Shown here in pieces: positions 30,203 to 39,408 of a stretch of 64,000 nt of DNA (the stretch's first letter is position 1; every line of letters begins with the position of its first letter). The stretch is from the NCBI GenBank assembly GCA_021158465.1, contig JAGGUN010000035.1:5669-69668 (forward strand), given 5' to 3'. The notes under the pieces are model-generated. The model made no database searches, had not been told where the DNA came from, and saw nothing but the letters and a program-made list of their open reading frames with translations. The position numbers and the translations under genes were made by a program. The DNA comes from a bacterium (GTDB lineage Bacteria > UBP14 > UBA6098 > 4484-93).

Positions 30203-30348
30203 CTTACCCCCTTCCTTGCATTCGGGTTAGAGCCACTGTGAACCTAATCAAAATAACTTTTTCTGCCAGAAAATCAATAATATTTTTGCAAATCTGGTAT
30301 GTCTAATTTATAATAAAAATACTAAGGCGAAAAAATCCGAGGAGGGGT

Positions 30349-30822
30349 GTGATGAAAGGCTATTTACTTATGATTTTATCTGTTGTTATCCTTGTCTCCT
30401 GTTCTAAGGGGAAGGTGCCAAACCCAGCGAAGGATCCGTTCTCGAAGCAGAATGTAGCAGGTAGTCTTGCCGATTCACTTGCATCCTTGCATAAGGTGCA
30501 TGTCTTATCCGATTTCCGTTCCGTGATGTATGCGAATTCGATCGACTCTACATACTACATACATCTCGGGTATGCTGGGACGACAATAGGTGAGGAGATT
30601 CCGCTTGAGGAGTATGTAAAGGATGTGGTTGATGTGCTTACGCTCTATATGAGGCGTTTCTACTGGGCGCCGAAGGATAATATCTTTATCGAGGTGGAGT
30701 ACAAGGATGTGCAGGCTATTCTCTCACTCGACGAGTGCATTAGACTTGACCTTATGGCGAAGGGTGGGCAGGAGGAGAAGCTGAAGCGGTTTATAGAGGA
30801 GCACTTCCTCCCTCGCACCTGA
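30349..30822 (+). CDS. Hypothetical lipoprotein
   Basis: Lipobox ILVS|C, GGAGG SD, upstream TTGCAA-N17-TATAAT; no recognisable family. Confidence 0.7.
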   Translation: MMKGYLLMILSVVILVSCSKGKVPNPAKDPFSKQNVAGSLADSLASLHKVHVLSDFRSVMYANSIDSTYYIHLGYAGTTIGEEIPLEEYVKDVVDVLTLYMRRFYWAPKDNIFIEVEYKDVQAILSLDECIRLDLMAKGGQEEKLKRFIEEHFLPRT

Positions 30823-30844
30823 TATTGGGGCTGTAACCCCGTTA

Positions 30845-33800
30845 TTAGCGGATAAGAACGGTTTTCTCTAAGGTTCGTCTGTTTCCTTTTTCAAGCAGGA
30901 TAAGATATATCCCCGATGGAAGCGAGCCTGCATCCCAGACGATCTCGTTTCCCATGGTATAGCCGTTGAATATCTCTGCGACCTCTTCCCCGAGGATATT
31001 GTAAGCGGACAGTTTTATCCTTTCGCTGTCGTTACCAGCGAGGATGATCTTCTGGGTGGAGTTGAACGGATTGGGGATGAGCCTTATGGAGAGCCTTTCC
31101 GGGGAGGCTCCTCTCTTTTGTATGCCGGTGAAGTGGTCTATGGATATGCCTGTGTGATACCTGTTTCCTCGTGCTGTTCCCCATAGGATCGCCCCATCGT
31201 ATGCTTCTGATTCTGTTCGCCATAGGTAGAGTGCCCCGTCGAATGCGGATGCAGCTATCTCAAGGTATCCATCGTTGTCGAGGTCGGATACGACTGGTGT
31301 ACCGAGCGACAGGTCGTTCATAAGGAGAGGGTAGCCGACGACAAGCTCGCCGTCGTCAGATGAGTATGCATATAGCCTTTCCCGCAGGAAGAAAAGGATG
31401 TCCTGGACACCGTCTCCATTTATGTCAGCGACGGCAGGTTCTACAGGGATGACCTCGGTCGCTGGCAGTGGCAAGGGGATGGATAGCAGCGTTTCGGCTG
31501 AGCCGTTCAGGACGATGAGCTGAGAGCAACCCACAACGATAATCTCATCTCTTCCATCGTTGTTCACATCGGCGCAGATAGGGGTCGATGTATAGCCGTA
31601 TGTCCCCGCCGACGGCATCGGGAAGAGGTATGGGAAACCTGGTAGGAGCTCGCCTGTCGAGCTATAGGCGTATACCTTCTGATGGTAGGATGAGAATATG
31701 ATTTCGAATGTTGACAGGTCGCCGTCTATGTCGCCGAGCGAGATAGAGGATGCCGGGTAATCTGCTTCTATCTCTATCGGGAAGCCGTCCGGCTCATTAC
31801 CTTCAATGTCCCAGCAGTAGATGTGTCCTGTGTTGGTCGAGTCGTTGCGGTTTCCTGGGAAGATAATCTCCTTCACGCCGTCACCGTTTATATCGGCGAC
31901 AGCTGGAGTGCCATAGTTGACGCCGTAGTTGTCAAGATATGTATAGGCAAACATCCCTGGAGACTCGGGGAAAAGCTCGGAGTATAGCTCTCCGTTCCAG
32001 CGCCATATATAGAACCTTCTGTATTCGTTGGCGACAATTATCTCGGTATATCCGTCGCCGTCTATATCCGAGGCAACGATATTTGTCAGAGCGGGTCCAA
32101 TCATATGGGAGGGCCAGCCTGGTGTGTCTGTTCCGTCGATCTCCCACATATACACATTCCAGTCGATGTCTCGGGAGGCAACTGTTATCTCACTTTGCCC
32201 ATCTTCGTCAAAATCCTCCACGACACCGGACGACCATATACCCTCTGTTGCGAGTGTTTCTATTGCTATCTCTGCGAACGGATTGATTGTGGCAGGGTTC
32301 CTGTCAATCACTTCTTCCCCTGAGAGATGGAAGCCGTATACGAGCCCCTTGATGCTCCCGGCGAACATTTCGTCTATTCCGTCTCCATCGATGTCGCCGA
32401 AGAACGGGGTCGTGGCGAACTTGTCCCCTCCTCCTATACGGATGGGCCAACCAGGGTAGGTGGCAAGTGATGTCCATGCGAATATAGCGTCGGAGAGTGC
32501 GCCTTCAACGAGGTCATGGCTGAGGGAACTGACCCTGTAGAAGAACCCACTGCCGCGCTCGAGCGGGGAATCGAGAAAGCTCGATATTCCGGCTATTGGG
32601 TAGTCGTTCACTCGAACATACTCACCGTCCAGCTCCTCTGAGCGATAGACATTGAAGGCATAGGCGTTGCTATCGCTTGCCGACCAGTTTACCTTTATCC
32701 AGTCAACGCCGTTTTCCATAAGGAGTGTCTCCGGAGGTAGCGGGATAACGAGCAAGCAGTTGAAAAGTTTCTCGTTGCCGAAGCTATCCACAAGAGAGAG
32801 GGAGAAAGGTATACCTCCTCCGTCATATGAAGCAGAGACGGAGAGATCAAAGCTAATGGATACCTCATCAAGGTGAGAGACCTCGCCCACAGGCATAGAG
32901 TCTTCAGCCACGGTAAGCAGGCTTCCTGGTATGAATACCATGTATCCTCCGGGGAAATCGCCGGTTCCGAGGTTCTTTAGCTCGGCTGTGAGCTGTGCTT
33001 CATCGAGCGGTTCGACCATATTGTCTCCGTCTGCGTCGTTCCAGAGGATGCGGAGGGTCTGCATATCGGGTGTGTCGACTCTGAGGTGAAGGGTCTCCTG
33101 TACAGTATGTTCTCCGGTCAGTTCCACAAGCACAGGCAAGACCCTGCTCCCTTTTAATGTATCTGATAGGAGGAGGGAGAATATATCCAAATAGACAGAG
33201 TCCGTGGCTGGGATGACTACAGTGGTGTCGTCGGGCGTATGAGTGAAATGTGGTGAGCTGGCGATACTGACCGTGGCAGTAGTTGTTTCTCTACCTGTAT
33301 TTTCGACCCAAAAGGGGAACAGGATGTTTTCCCCAGGCTCATATGTAGAGTCGCTATCTCCTGTAAGTTCCACGGGTGTATCGGGGTAAATGACAAGATG
33401 TGCTGCCGAGGGGGGAGAAACAAATACTGTCTCTGCCACGGGGGCGATGTTATCACCTGTCACCCAGACAAAGAGCGTCTCCGATCTGCCGAAAGAGAAC
33501 CGAAAGGAGATCCTTCCTGTCTCATCTGTAAACCCTATTGCGCTTCTGCCGTCTGGTGTGAAGCAGGAAACGGTTGCCGAATCGATTGGACTGCCTGTTG
33601 TATCGTTCACGGAGACGGTTACGAAGGTATCGGAGAGGGAGATAGAATCGGGTTCAACCTCGACCACGGGGAAGATGGGTGGAGCGGTAAAGAGTCTGAG
33701 CAAGGGGTACCCTTCAAGATGCGTTATGAATAGCAGGTATCTGTCGAAGCCAGCAGCATAGACATAGACTCCTCCCATAATATCGCCGAGGCAGTTCATT

Positions 33801-35470
33801 CCGTGTCGGGCTATCATCCTGTAGAACCTTTCCAGCGTTCCTTTGTGGTGTGTCCAGGCGGTTCTGGTGTTCCCTATAAATGCTACTCCACCACCGGCGG
33901 GCGCAAATAGCCAGTGCTCGGAGATACAGTCGAAGTCGACAGCGTTCACCGTGCAGGAAAAGGAGACAAGAACCGGGTAAAAAGGGGAGTTTGTTAGAGT
34001 GTCGAAGTCGGAGGAAAAGAACCCTCCTCCACCGCATTTAAACCCTGTTCCTATGAAATACTGTGAGGAATGACCGACATGGAAAAGGATCTGGTGTCCT
34101 CTGTTCAGCTCCCTATCGAAGTTCAGGTAGTTGAGTTCGTCTGCCTCGAAAGTTGAGCATTCCTCTGGGCGCGAGAATAGCCTTGTGAATCTTACATCCT
34201 CGGGAGGGGGTGATGTTATGACCATAGAATCGAGGAAAAAGGCTCCGATGCAGTCTGTACATCCGTTGGAGAGGGCTGCACCGGCGAGGAGCCAGTCGGT
34301 GTAGAACTGCTCGGAGGAGTCGGCGAGGAGACGGTCTTCGAGGGAGAATGTCCTGTACTTGGCGAGATAGAGCGTCGCTTCGGATATATCCTCGGCTGAG
34401 ACTCGCCCCACTGACAGCTCCGGATAGGGGTCGTCCTCGACTGATTCCCCGAAGTGATAGTCGCCATTTGAGTTCCAGTTACCGTCGAGGCAGGTGTAGT
34501 ACAGGTCTGTCGGGACATCAACATAGGAGGAGACAGCATCCCTTGCATACCCGTACCTCATCGGCACAAAGGTAGGGTCTCCTCCTATGAAAAGGCAGGA
34601 TGCACCCCATATCCGGTAGGCGTCCTGCATAAATCTCCTTATCTTTTCGGGGAGATCCAGTCCGAAGTAGTTCTCATCTATTTCTTCCACTGTTATGGTG
34701 CGTGAGAATGAGCCGTATTTTATTCCGTCAAACTGCGAGAAGACAGGTGCAAGGCTGTCCGTTGTCAGTATAATTAGGTCAACAGGATCATCGCCTGGCG
34801 TAGGCGGAAAGCTCTCCTGTCGACCAGATATAACCTGTGTATACTCCTGGATGTTGTAGCAGACGGAGAATCTAGGAATGTCCTCCGGGTTGTCCACGAG
34901 GGACAGGAGGAGCTTCTTCCTGAAGAGAGCAGAGACTGGGGTCATAACCCTGGGGACAAAGACCTGTTCTTCTTGACCGAAGCGGAGGGTAATATCGATT
35001 CTTCTGTTGAGGATGAGCGTTCCTGTAACTGGAAGGTAAGAGACAGGATAGATGATAAGGGAGACGATGTGGTTTCCAGAGAGGTACCCTGAGCCTGCAA
35101 TTTTCACGACCGTGTCGGGATAAGCCTCGCTTTTATAGGTCGCCTTCTGTGGTTCCCAGGCGCTCATATCTGGTCGAAGGTTCCCTATCGGGGCAAGGTC
35201 GAATCTCCCTTCGAGGGTGTCAGACAGAACGGTGTATTCTATCCCCAGGAGTGATTTGGGAGGCACTATTAGGTTGATGCTCTTTGCAGGCAGCGCGGGT
35301 GTGCCAACTTCACCCAAGATCTGGCAACCTTTCATACCGACAGCTACTCCAGCTTCCAAGTAGTTGAAGGAAATATCGTTTGGTGAGAACTCGAGGGAGT
35401 ATCTCATTTCCGATGCATACAGGGGAAAAACGAGGATAAGTATGGCTGTAACTTTTATAATTAATCTCAT
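30845..35470 (-). CDS. Gingipain-like C25 cysteine peptidase (propeptide, catalytic domain, Ig/FN3, FG-GAP repeats, T9SS type-A CTD)
   Basis: Propeptide GEVGTPALP; IGGD..VP, TDLYY..LDG.W, VGRV; catalytic GH(S) and SC motifs; GGVAFIGNTR; many D.D/NGDG repeats; CTD PNPFN...LPSGIY...KTVLIR. Start at ATG 35470 after GGAGGG. Confidence 0.88.
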   Translation of the reverse strand: MRLIIKVTAILILVFPLYASEMRYSLEFSPNDISFNYLEAGVAVGMKGCQILGEVGTPALPAKSINLIVPPKSLLGIEYTVLSDTLEGRFDLAPIGNLRPDMSAWEPQKATYKSEAYPDTVVKIAGSGYLSGNHIVSLIIYPVSYLPVTGTLILNRRIDITLRFGQEEQVFVPRVMTPVSALFRKKLLLSLVDNPEDIPRFSVCYNIQEYTQVISGRQESFPPTPGDDPVDLIILTTDSLAPVFSQFDGIKYGSFSRTITVEEIDENYFGLDLPEKIRRFMQDAYRIWGASCLFIGGDPTFVPMRYGYARDAVSSYVDVPTDLYYTCLDGNWNSNGDYHFGESVEDDPYPELSVGRVSAEDISEATLYLAKYRTFSLEDRLLADSSEQFYTDWLLAGAALSNGCTDCIGAFFLDSMVITSPPPEDVRFTRLFSRPEECSTFEADELNYLNFDRELNRGHQILFHVGHSSQYFIGTGFKCGGGGFFSSDFDTLTNSPFYPVLVSFSCTVNAVDFDCISEHWLFAPAGGGVAFIGNTRTAWTHHKGTLERFYRMIARHGMNCLGDIMGGVYVYAAGFDRYLLFITHLEGYPLLRLFTAPPIFPVVEVEPDSISLSDTFVTVSVNDTTGSPIDSATVSCFTPDGRSAIGFTDETGRISFRFSFGRSETLFVWVTGDNIAPVAETVFVSPPSAAHLVIYPDTPVELTGDSDSTYEPGENILFPFWVENTGRETTTATVSIASSPHFTHTPDDTTVVIPATDSVYLDIFSLLLSDTLKGSRVLPVLVELTGEHTVQETLHLRVDTPDMQTLRILWNDADGDNMVEPLDEAQLTAELKNLGTGDFPGGYMVFIPGSLLTVAEDSMPVGEVSHLDEVSISFDLSVSASYDGGGIPFSLSLVDSFGNEKLFNCLLVIPLPPETLLMENGVDWIKVNWSASDSNAYAFNVYRSEELDGEYVRVNDYPIAGISSFLDSPLERGSGFFYRVSSLSHDLVEGALSDAIFAWTSLATYPGWPIRIGGGDKFATTPFFGDIDGDGIDEMFAGSIKGLVYGFHLSGEEVIDRNPATINPFAEIAIETLATEGIWSSGVVEDFDEDGQSEITVASRDIDWNVYMWEIDGTDTPGWPSHMIGPALTNIVASDIDGDGYTEIIVANEYRRFYIWRWNGELYSELFPESPGMFAYTYLDNYGVNYGTPAVADINGDGVKEIIFPGNRNDSTNTGHIYCWDIEGNEPDGFPIEIEADYPASSISLGDIDGDLSTFEIIFSSYHQKVYAYSSTGELLPGFPYLFPMPSAGTYGYTSTPICADVNNDGRDEIIVVGCSQLIVLNGSAETLLSIPLPLPATEVIPVEPAVADINGDGVQDILFFLRERLYAYSSDDGELVVGYPLLMNDLSLGTPVVSDLDNDGYLEIAASAFDGALYLWRTESEAYDGAILWGTARGNRYHTGISIDHFTGIQKRGASPERLSIRLIPNPFNSTQKIILAGNDSERIKLSAYNILGEEVAEIFNGYTMGNEIVWDAGSLPSGIYLILLEKGNRRTLEKTVLIR

Positions 35471-36546
35471 TTCTCCCTCCATTCACCCAGTCCTTCGAGC
35501 ATTCTTCTGACGACAGATACTGGGTTGTGATAACTTTCGACCCACCTGCGTCCGTTTTCGGCGATATGGGGTATCATCTCGGGGTGGTCGAAGAACTCTG
35601 CTATCCTGTCCACGATATTCCTCTCATTTATGGTTATGAACGGATGTTCTCCAAGTAGGCGTTCATAGTCAGGTTTTAGCTCGACGAGTGTTGGTATCCC
35701 CATAGATATAGCCTCGAGTGCTGATATTCCGTATCCCAGCTCGCCGAGCTGGTCAATGAATATATCGCAGGTCGACTTTTGCTCGATAGCCTCCTTGTAT
35801 GGAACCCCCTCTATCAGCACAATCTCAATAGGATAAACTTTTTCCGCTTCCCGAAGTGCTGATAGTATCCTCTTTGTTCCTTTGGTGGCTCTGTGTGTGG
35901 GGCTGTGCCCCACGCGAAGCAAACCGTTCCCAGACCAGAACTTCTCCTTCATACGGAACCTGCTTGCATCGAACGGGAATGGTAGATGCTCAAGCCCGTT
36001 GCAGTAGTATATATGATCGAACTCGAACCCGTATATCTTGTCCGCTATCTTCTTTATATAAGGCATAAGCCCGACCCATCTGAGGTCGACTCCGTAATAG
36101 ACTGCAGCGAGCTTTTTCCCGGAGAGGTCGAGCGATTGCAAAATCTTCCCCGAACGCAGAAACCCCTCTCCACCATCCAGGAATATTATATCGGCGTTCC
36201 TCACAATGTCTAAAGCGGTCGATGAAGAAAGGAGTTTTTCCCAGAGCCTATCACGGAGGGAGAAGAAGAGCTTATGCACCGGTGTTGCAGGTTTCCAGAG
36301 CCGCTCTCCGCTTTCTCGACGGAGATTGTCCACACGAACGGTCATCCACGGGAACAGCTTCTTGCCTGCCTTTGCGATAGGGTCATCTATCAAGGGGAGG
36401 GATAATGGTATATCTTCGCCGGGGAAGTTGGGGAGTGTGTGCCGGGTTATGAGTTGTGAGTGGTATCCGAGGTGTCTTTCCGTTTCTGCGAGAAGCGAGG
36501 GAAGACCAGCGAAGTTCACAGTTGCGAGATGAACTATGCTCTTCAT
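35467..36546 (-). CDS. GT-B fold (GT4-like) glycosyltransferase
   Basis: GHSPTHRATKGT and DIFIDQ...GYGISALEAISMGIP. Start placed at ATG 36546 (ATGA overlap with the upstream gene). Confidence 0.8.
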   Translation of the reverse strand: MKSIVHLATVNFAGLPSLLAETERHLGYHSQLITRHTLPNFPGEDIPLSLPLIDDPIAKAGKKLFPWMTVRVDNLRRESGERLWKPATPVHKLFFSLRDRLWEKLLSSSTALDIVRNADIIFLDGGEGFLRSGKILQSLDLSGKKLAAVYYGVDLRWVGLMPYIKKIADKIYGFEFDHIYYCNGLEHLPFPFDASRFRMKEKFWSGNGLLRVGHSPTHRATKGTKRILSALREAEKVYPIEIVLIEGVPYKEAIEQKSTCDIFIDQLGELGYGISALEAISMGIPTLVELKPDYERLLGEHPFITINERNIVDRIAEFFDHPEMIPHIAENGRRWVESYHNPVSVVRRMLEGLGEWREK

Positions 36547-37337
36547 TCGGGTTTCCTCGCAAGAAGGTAACTCCTTGGACCGCGCCGGAGAAACGCCCGC
36601 ATAAGGTGATCTATCAGGAGAAGGCGTATGAGCCCGTATAGGATATTCAACGATATAATCATCATCTTGAAGAGTGCCCGCCTTAGATGGCATGGCTTAT
36701 TGTGCCACATCCGTTCGAACAGCATACTGATTGCTGTCTGCCAGAAGCGCGTCTCCTTCTCGAATGTGCCCGATTCCACCAGCTCAAACCCTGCTTTCTC
36801 TGCCATACTGGCAAGCTCGGATGGTCTGTATGCGGTGTGAATATACCCTTCTGGGGATGCTACACCGAAGCTTTCGGGGATATCGTCGGAGAGGTATTTG
36901 GGCTTTATCCTGCCGTAGCTTGGACAGGTGATGAGAAGATAACCGCCTGGCTTTATAATCCGGAAGAAGGAGCGAATGACGCCCTCTGCATCTTCTACAT
37001 GTTCGATGGACTCCGAGCAGAGGACGTTTTTGACCGAGTTATCCCGCAGGAAATCGAGCCGCTCCATATCCCCCTGAATGTAAAGGTTGTTGGGGTATCG
37101 GCTCTTTGCAATCCGGAGGGCTGGGAGCGCAATATCAACTCCGATGACCCTGCCCATCCTGTATCCGCTGGAGAGATACCCTCTATTGCAGCCAACATCA
37201 AGTAGAACGCCTTCGGGGATCAGACGCAACATCCTCCTCACAAAATTTGCTCGAAGCCTGCCGGAGGGAGTCCGATAGATAAACTCCTCCTCAGGGTAGC
37301 GCTCAGCAAGCCTGTTATAGAATTCTACAAGATCCAC
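36543..37337 (-). CDS. Class I SAM-dependent methyltransferase
   Basis: LLDVGCNRG, GVDI, QGD, SESIEHV and IKPGGYLLI. Confidence 0.88.
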   Translation of the reverse strand: MDLVEFYNRLAERYPEEEFIYRTPSGRLRANFVRRMLRLIPEGVLLDVGCNRGYLSSGYRMGRVIGVDIALPALRIAKSRYPNNLYIQGDMERLDFLRDNSVKNVLCSESIEHVEDAEGVIRSFFRIIKPGGYLLITCPSYGRIKPKYLSDDIPESFGVASPEGYIHTAYRPSELASMAEKAGFELVESGTFEKETRFWQTAISMLFERMWHNKPCHLRRALFKMMIISLNILYGLIRLLLIDHLMRAFLRRGPRSYLLARKPE

Positions 37338-37345
37338 AGAGAAAC

Positions 37346-37419
37346 AATCTATTTAAAACTACCCGATTAGTCAAGTTGTTCTATTTGGGCTTGACTTTTC
37401 CTGCATTACTTGTTAAAAT
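37346..37419. promoter_or_regulatory. Divergent sigma70-type promoter pair
   Basis: Minus strand: TTGACT-N17-TAGATT (37374-37346), 9 nt before GTG 37337, so probably leaderless. Plus strand: TTGACT-N17-TAAAAT with TGn (37391-37419). Confidence 0.55.
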
Positions 37420-37447
37420 TTGACCCATAAAACAAAGGAGCGGTAAT

Positions 37448-39328
37448 ATGAGGAGGGTTGTTATATCGATGATTTTTGTTTTTGCTTTTGTGGTCTCTGT
37501 TTTCCCTGCGGAGAGGATGCATCTTGTAGAGCTTTTCACTCGGCTCAGTTGCGGTTGCTGTTTCTCTGCCTCGCAGGAGGCAGCGCGGGCAGGAAGGGCA
37601 TTTCCCGAGAATGTTGCTGTCATTCAGTATCACTACGACTCGGTTATTAGGATTGACCCGTATTATCTTGCTAACCCTTCGGAGGTGGATGAGAGAGCGT
37701 TCCATAGGAGTGCATCTCCACCGTCTGCGTTTCTTGACGGAGGGTCACTACCGCTGGATGAGTCGGAGGCTACGGAAATCATCTCGTCCCGGATCGGGGA
37801 AACTACCCCTGTTGAAATCGAGATAACGGAGTTCTCCGAAGGAACCGCATCCTTCACTGTAAGATGCGAAGAACCGCTGGCAGGTGAGTATAGGCTCTTT
37901 GTTGTCCTCACTGAATCGAATATCATCTATGAGGTTAACTTGTTGTCTTCCGTTTTCAGGAAGTTCCTCACGCCTGTGACGGGCGAACCTATTGTTCTCT
38001 CGGGGGAGCGGGATTTTGTCTATCCGTTCACAGTTGATGACAGCTGGAAAGAGGAGAATCTGAGAATCGTTGTTTTCATCGAGGATGCGGAGACTGGGGA
38101 GGTAATTCAGGCGGCGAAGGAGCCGGTGCATCTTCCTCCATCGTTCTGGCTCTCCACGCCTTTGAGGGCAGCGTTTGTGCATCCGGGCGAAGTGGAGACA
38201 CTATCCGTCTATATTTACAACTATGGTGAGGAGACCGACAATTTCTACTTCTCGCTCGATCCTGGTATACCGGAGGACTGGGAGGTAACCGTTGTTGGGT
38301 ATGATGAGTTCTCGTTTAGTATTCCTATACTGTCGGCGGATACGGGGCTCGTTAGATTTGTGGTAACTATCGGTGGGACGAGGGGGGAGGGAGACATAAC
38401 GGTTCGGGTGTCGCCTGTTAGGGACACGACACAGGTCTACATCTTGCCCTTTGCGCTTCTGAACGATCCGGAGTATCTGGTAGTTGACGATGATACTGGT
38501 GAGAGGTTTGAGTCGCTGTATATCGAACCGATGGAGGAGTTGGAGAATGTATTTGCTGTATGGGATGTGTTCTGGTACGGTGCGCTTCTCTATCCTAACC
38601 TCCGTGATTTTGAGGGGGTTATTTGGTTTTGTGCATATGATACGGCGACATCGCTACGGTCGACGGATATAGTAAGGCTGAACAATTTTCTCTATGAGGG
38701 GAGGAAACTGCTTCTATTTGGTTCGGGGTTGGGGGTCGATGTTGGTGACGATGACCTGTTCGATGAGCTTGCAGGGAGCTTTGTTCGGGAGGATATAGAT
38801 GCGACCGAGATTATCGGGACGGATGAGATACCCGAGTTGTCGGGGATCTCCTTTCCGTTCAACAATACAGCTCTGGGTTTCTGGGATGCAACGGCGCCGG
38901 ACGCGAGGGTCATCCTCAGATACAATGACCCAGAGGAACATCCTGCTGCTATTGAGGTGGAAAATTTCTGGTTTCACTCGATCCTGTTTAACTTTGGGCT
39001 CGAGGATATAACGGATACAACGGCAGCTGAGGTTCTGTTTCGAACGGTTCTGGAGCATATTGGGATAACTGATGTGGAGGATGCACCGTCGTTGCCTGAG
39101 GGTATGAGCATTGATATATTCCCGAACCCGTTCAACGATAGGCTGAGGGTGGAACTCTCGCATCCTGCCGATGTCAATATATACAACATAGCAGGGGAGA
39201 GGATAGCGCAGTTCGACAGGGTAGAGAAGCTTGTCTGGGATGCAGGGGGAAACCCCTCGGGGGTTTATATTATCCAGGCAAGATCGAAAGGGTTTTCGGC
39301 AACTTCTAAGGCTATACTTATCCGCTGA
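37448..39328 (+). CDS. Omp28-related thioredoxin-like secreted protein with a T9SS type-A CTD
   Basis: Signal peptide, LVELFT...CGCC (CxxC), AVIQYH, VVLTE...VFRK...W.EENLRIVVFI..GEVIQA, and CTD IFPNPFN...PSGVY...KAILIR. Confidence 0.8.
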   Translation: MRRVVISMIFVFAFVVSVFPAERMHLVELFTRLSCGCCFSASQEAARAGRAFPENVAVIQYHYDSVIRIDPYYLANPSEVDERAFHRSASPPSAFLDGGSLPLDESEATEIISSRIGETTPVEIEITEFSEGTASFTVRCEEPLAGEYRLFVVLTESNIIYEVNLLSSVFRKFLTPVTGEPIVLSGERDFVYPFTVDDSWKEENLRIVVFIEDAETGEVIQAAKEPVHLPPSFWLSTPLRAAFVHPGEVETLSVYIYNYGEETDNFYFSLDPGIPEDWEVTVVGYDEFSFSIPILSADTGLVRFVVTIGGTRGEGDITVRVSPVRDTTQVYILPFALLNDPEYLVVDDDTGERFESLYIEPMEELENVFAVWDVFWYGALLYPNLRDFEGVIWFCAYDTATSLRSTDIVRLNNFLYEGRKLLLFGSGLGVDVGDDDLFDELAGSFVREDIDATEIIGTDEIPELSGISFPFNNTALGFWDATAPDARVILRYNDPEEHPAAIEVENFWFHSILFNFGLEDITDTTAAEVLFRTVLEHIGITDVEDAPSLPEGMSIDIFPNPFNDRLRVELSHPADVNIYNIAGERIAQFDRVEKLVWDAGGNPSGVYIIQARSKGFSATSKAILIR

Positions 39329-39408
39329 GACAAAAGAAACCTGTTGACAAGTCTGATTTTTTGCTTTATTTTTTCAAACTTTGAAACGCCTGGTTGTTTG
39401 AGGAATTG

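Noticed and set aside
30845-35470. C25 protein as the T9SS sortase PorU
   Set aside because: It has a gingipain-type propeptide, FG-GAP repeats and a standard type-A CTD, which fit a cargo protease better. Not fully excluded without an HMM search.
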